Source: Deltaproteobacteria bacterium
Lineage (GTDB): Bacteria > Desulfobacterota > Dissulfuribacteria > Dissulfuribacterales > UBA3076
DNA length: 56,967 bases
Assembly (NCBI GenBank): GCA_027004715.1
Contig: JALTHG010000068.1
Coordinates: forward strand, 1-56,967
Direction: 5' to 3'
This document shows positions 53,751 through 56,967 of the stretch, in pieces. Position numbers and translations under genes: made by a program. The first letter of the stretch is position 1; each line of letters begins with the position of its first letter. Under the pieces are notes generated by a model. The model was not told where the DNA came from, did no database searches, and was given only the letters and a program-made list of their open reading frames with translations.

Positions 53751-55766
53751 ATGGATATATCAATCAATCAGGGCCAAGTGGTAGAATTTCTGGAAGGTCA
53801 GCGCTTTATCTGTGCCCAGTGTATTGGCAAAAAGGGATCAAGATACCACCTCTTGACCCATCTGGGCAGGGAGATGAACCTTGCCTCCAGCCGTTTCATA
53901 TATGTATCCACACAACAGATATCGAGCGAGGCAAGAGAGAGGTGCCTCCAGGAGCTATCTGAGATCTATGGGCACAGAGAGGCCCTAAAGGAAGAGGTCA
54001 ACATCCCAGAACTCTGGGAATTGGTTAGAGATGAGCAAGAGCTCTGGAGTCCTAAGGAACTGGCAGACCTGGCCTTTAGCCAGGAGATAGGGCCTGACCA
54101 TGTGGCCGCCCTTGTTCGGGCAGTCATAGAGGATCATACCTATTTCAAATTTAGAGAAGGAATGATAAAGGTCCAGTCTCCTGAGGCAGTAGATCGCATA
54201 TTGGAGCAGAGGGCCAGAGAGGCAGAGTCCCTAAAGCGTATTGCCAGGGGAAGCGAGTGGCTTGAGGCCCTGTGGTCAGACGGCCCTCAGAGAGAAAAGG
54301 CCATAAAAGACCTCGAAGACCCACTGATCTCTTTCTGGATATCGGCCATCAAGGACTTTTGCATCAATCAGGAGGACTCAGAGTATGCCAGCCTGGTCCG
54401 TGGGCTCTTCTCTCAGGCAAGGCTCACAGCCACCAGTGCCCCTTTTGATACCCTAATCAGGGCAGGGATATGGCATGAAGACGAAAACCTGGAGTTAGCT
54501 CGATATGGGATAGAGAGCGTGTTCCCTGAGGCCGTACTTCAAGAGGCAGAGAGCCTGGCCCTATCCCCTATTGATCTCCAAAGAGAGAAGAGAGAGGACC
54601 TGACTGACCTCAATACCTTTACTATAGATGGGCCAGAGAGTCTGGATTTGGACGATGCCCTGAGCATCAGGGAGTGTGCAGAGGGATGGGAGCTCGGCGT
54701 ACACATAACCGACATAGGGCTCCAGATAGGACAGGATAGCCCATTATTTAGTGAGGCCGTCCACAGGGCAACTACTATATATCTGCCTACCCAGAAGGTA
54801 TCCATGCTCCCTGAGATACTCTCTCACGAGGCATGGAGTCTCAAGGTGGGAGAAGAGCGGAGGGCCCTGTCCTTTTTTGTGCGTCTGGATGATAGAGGGA
54901 ATATCCTGGCCAGGCGCATAGTCAGGAGTGTAATCAGGGTCCATGAACGCCTGACATATGAAGATGCAGAGGCAAGGATACCTGAAGGCCAGGCATTCCA
55001 CAGCCTATACAGGCTCTGCACTGTCCTCAAGGCCAAAAGGATCGAAAACGGTGCCCTTCCTCTGCCTATACCTGAGCTAGTCATACAGATCGATGGATCT
55101 GGAAATATAGAGATATCGCTCTCACAACCCGGTCCGGCCCGCTTTTTAGTGGCAGAGTGTATGATCCTGGCAAATTCTGTAGCGGCGCAGTTCTTGAGGG
55201 AACAGGATATCCCTGCCCTGTATCGAAGTCAGCCTCCACCAAGAGAGGTCATTATCTCTGGAGACGAGATGGACCTTATAGCCAACTTCAGGCAGAGGCG
55301 GCTTATCAGTAAGGGAAGTCTGGGGACTGAGCCTGAAATGCACCATGGTCTTGGTCTCAATGCATATACTACGATAACTTCACCCCTGAGGCGCGGACTT
55401 GATCTCCTTATGCAGCAACAGATTACCTCTGTCCTTATACATGGCAGACCGGTCTATACAAAGAGGGATCTCAACAGACTCGCCATATATCTCCAGCAGG
55501 GCCTCAATGCAGCAGCAGCAGTCCGTCAGGCAAGAACGCGTTACTGGCTATTAAAGTATATAAAGGGTCTGGGAGATAGGACTCTAGATGCATGGATCCT
55601 GGATATAGGTCCACGCAGGGTACTTGCTGTGCTCTCTGACTTCCTCTTGCCCATAGAACTTCCAATAAGACCGGGAGAGAGTTATTATCCAGATCAGAAG
55701 GTCAAGGTAGTGGTCAAGAAGGTGTATCCCAGGGAGAATGTCCTCAAGCTAGATTGGAGCGATTAG
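53751..55766 (+). CDS. RNB-domain exoribonuclease (RNase II/R family)
   Basis: FTIDGPESLDLDDALS RNB motif I, MLPE, ITSPLRRGLDL motif IV, and a C-terminal S1-like segment. Confidence 0.88.
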   Translation: MDISINQGQVVEFLEGQRFICAQCIGKKGSRYHLLTHLGREMNLASSRFIYVSTQQISSEARERCLQELSEIYGHREALKEEVNIPELWELVRDEQELWSPKELADLAFSQEIGPDHVAALVRAVIEDHTYFKFREGMIKVQSPEAVDRILEQRAREAESLKRIARGSEWLEALWSDGPQREKAIKDLEDPLISFWISAIKDFCINQEDSEYASLVRGLFSQARLTATSAPFDTLIRAGIWHEDENLELARYGIESVFPEAVLQEAESLALSPIDLQREKREDLTDLNTFTIDGPESLDLDDALSIRECAEGWELGVHITDIGLQIGQDSPLFSEAVHRATTIYLPTQKVSMLPEILSHEAWSLKVGEERRALSFFVRLDDRGNILARRIVRSVIRVHERLTYEDAEARIPEGQAFHSLYRLCTVLKAKRIENGALPLPIPELVIQIDGSGNIEISLSQPGPARFLVAECMILANSVAAQFLREQDIPALYRSQPPPREVIISGDEMDLIANFRQRRLISKGSLGTEPEMHHGLGLNAYTTITSPLRRGLDLLMQQQITSVLIHGRPVYTKRDLNRLAIYLQQGLNAAAAVRQARTRYWLLKYIKGLGDRTLDAWILDIGPRRVLAVLSDFLLPIELPIRPGESYYPDQKVKVVVKKVYPRENVLKLDWSD

Positions 55767-55809
55767 GCAGTAAGCAAAAAATGAGTTATACAAGACCAAC
55801 AGGAATTGG

Positions 55810-56661
55810 GTGGGTTTTGACATAATAATCGTCAATTACAGGTGTTATGAGGCACTAGCTGCCTGTCTTTCAGCACTTGAGAGGGAGACTGAAGGCCTGT
55901 CTAGGGTCTTTGTGGTAGACAATACCGGGCTCTCTGTACCTGACGATCTGGCTGAGAGGTTTCCAGAGGTCAATTGGCTGCTGAACAGGAGAAATCTCGG
56001 TTTTGCCAGGGCAGTCAATCAGGGCATTGCCCAAACTACTGCACCGTATATCTGCCTCTTGAACCCTGATACTGTGATATCAGGGCCCTTATTTGGGCCT
56101 ATGGAGGAGTGGCTGGAAGACAATCCCGATGTAGGGATAGTGGGCCCGAAGATCCAGGATGGCGATGGCTCTGTCCAGGGCTCTGCCAGGGCCTTTCCAT
56201 CCCTTGCCACTGCCTTTTTTGGCAGGACCACCCTTGTCTCCCGTCTATGGCCTGACAATCCCATTACCAGGCAGAATATCCTGACAGACCGGTCCCTGCA
56301 CGGGCCTATTGATGTGGATTGGGTCTCAGGTGCCTGCATGGCCATAAGGCGTTCGGCCATGGAGGAGATAGGGCCCATGGACCAGAGATTCTTTTTGTAC
56401 TGGGAAGACTGCGACTGGTGTACCCGCTTTCGTTCTGCAGGGTGGAGGGTAGTCTATCATCCAGGCCTTGGGCCTGTAATCCACTATGGAGGTCAATCCA
56501 GCAGGGATGCCAGGTGGATGACCCTCTATCACTTTCACCGGAGCGCAGTCCTCTTATATTGGAAATACGATCGTACACCGGCAAGGATTGGATCTCTATT
56601 GGCCGCAGTAGGGGCAGTATTGAGATGTGGTCTCCTGGGTCTCAGGCTGGTATTGAGGTAA
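55810..56661 (+). CDS. Family 2 glycosyltransferase
   Basis: IIIVNYR...VVDN...LNPD (DxD-like)...FFLYWEDCDWCTR, typical of GT2 rhamnosyltransferase-like enzymes. GTG start. Confidence 0.85.
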   Translation: MGFDIIIVNYRCYEALAACLSALERETEGLSRVFVVDNTGLSVPDDLAERFPEVNWLLNRRNLGFARAVNQGIAQTTAPYICLLNPDTVISGPLFGPMEEWLEDNPDVGIVGPKIQDGDGSVQGSARAFPSLATAFFGRTTLVSRLWPDNPITRQNILTDRSLHGPIDVDWVSGACMAIRRSAMEEIGPMDQRFFLYWEDCDWCTRFRSAGWRVVYHPGLGPVIHYGGQSSRDARWMTLYHFHRSAVLLYWKYDRTPARIGSLLAAVGAVLRCGLLGLRLVLR

Positions 56662-56792
56662 ATGACGCTCTCTGGAATATAATATACTATCATTCTCAAG
56701 TTTCGGAGTTGATATATCACCCTGCAATTAAAGGGTTTTTTATGCAACACACGAATTAGCTTTATATTTGCTATATTAAACGTATAATATAT

Positions 56793-56882
56793 GTAACTTC
56801 TCAATAAGTCCTGGCAATACAGTGTTTCCCCTCACCCAAACCCTCTCCCAGAGGGAGAGGGTTTGGGTGAGGGAGAAGTTAC
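56793..56882. repeat. Related GTAAC-terminated palindromic element enclosing a perfect 21-bp-stem hairpin
   Basis: Termini GTAACTTCTC / GAGAAGTTAC are perfect 10-bp inverted repeats. The inner arms CCCTCACCCAAACCCTCTCCC (56829-56849) and GGGAGAGGGTTTGGGTGAGGG (56853-56873) are perfectly complementary around loop AGA. Confidence 0.8.
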
Positions 56883-56967
56883 TGCAAGCTTTGCGCCTTC
56901 CCGCAATAGCCCGCCTGCCTTGCCTGGCACTGGCGGGCAGGTTGGTATTCCAGCCTTGGTATTTTCA

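Noticed and set aside
56709-56745. Intrinsic terminator after the GT2 gene (ACCCT gcaattaa AGGGTTTTTT).
   Set aside because: The stem is only 4-5 bp, which is too weak to call with confidence even though a T-run follows. I left it unannotated.

Overview
This is a gene-dense 57-kb chromosomal window with about 61 protein-coding genes. I found no rRNA, tRNA, CRISPR array, transposase, integrase or phage genes. The gene content points to an anaerobic, metal- and sulfur-metabolising bacterium of Desulfobacterota/Nitrospirota type. That is an inference from the orange-protein-like genes, an HdrD/DsrK-type Fe-S protein, System II cytochrome c biogenesis and a siroheme-linked hemA operon; there is no marker gene to confirm it.

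Recognisable housekeeping blocks:
- plsC-like gene, LAB_N gene and a ClC channel
- sirC, ccsA-like gene and hemA
- alr-tatB-tatC
- gatB-mtnA
- GAF protein, MreB and a DUF3782-like protein
- tatA-resB-ccsA-tatA
- hflKC and pgm
- a six-gene TonB2-type operon (DUF3450, long ExbB, ExbB, ExbD, TonB, TPR)
- ilvD-hisB, an RNB ribonuclease and a GT2 glycosyltransferase

Two things stand out:
1. At 8.5-19.3 kb there is an expanded orange-protein (ORP)-like metallocluster locus. It holds a radical SAM gene, NifB/NifX-type proteins, an Mrp/NBP35 ATPase, two MinD-type 4Fe-4S ATPases, three DUF5320 paralogs, DUF134, a Cys-tailed J-protein, a CooC-like ATPase, MoaA, a flavin disulfide reductase and DUF364. 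No function has been described for this ensemble, and it is my best candidate for an undescribed system.
2. A modular palindromic REPIN/MITE-like repeat occurs at 20 or more loci and occupies nearly every intergenic gap. Its arms are GTAACTGTTCACATCCCC / GGGGATGTGAACAGTTAC, and some copies carry a conserved core of about 85 nt. It distorts several ORF calls.

Smaller oddities:
- a J-domain-receiver fusion
- an Isf-like flavoprotein fused to a degenerate LMW-PTP/ArsC domain
- CooC and CooT homologs with no CODH nearby
- an inverted-repeat-flanked, AT-rich secreted-protein cassette preceded by three phased palindromes

All product calls come from motif and family recognition by eye, not from database searches.
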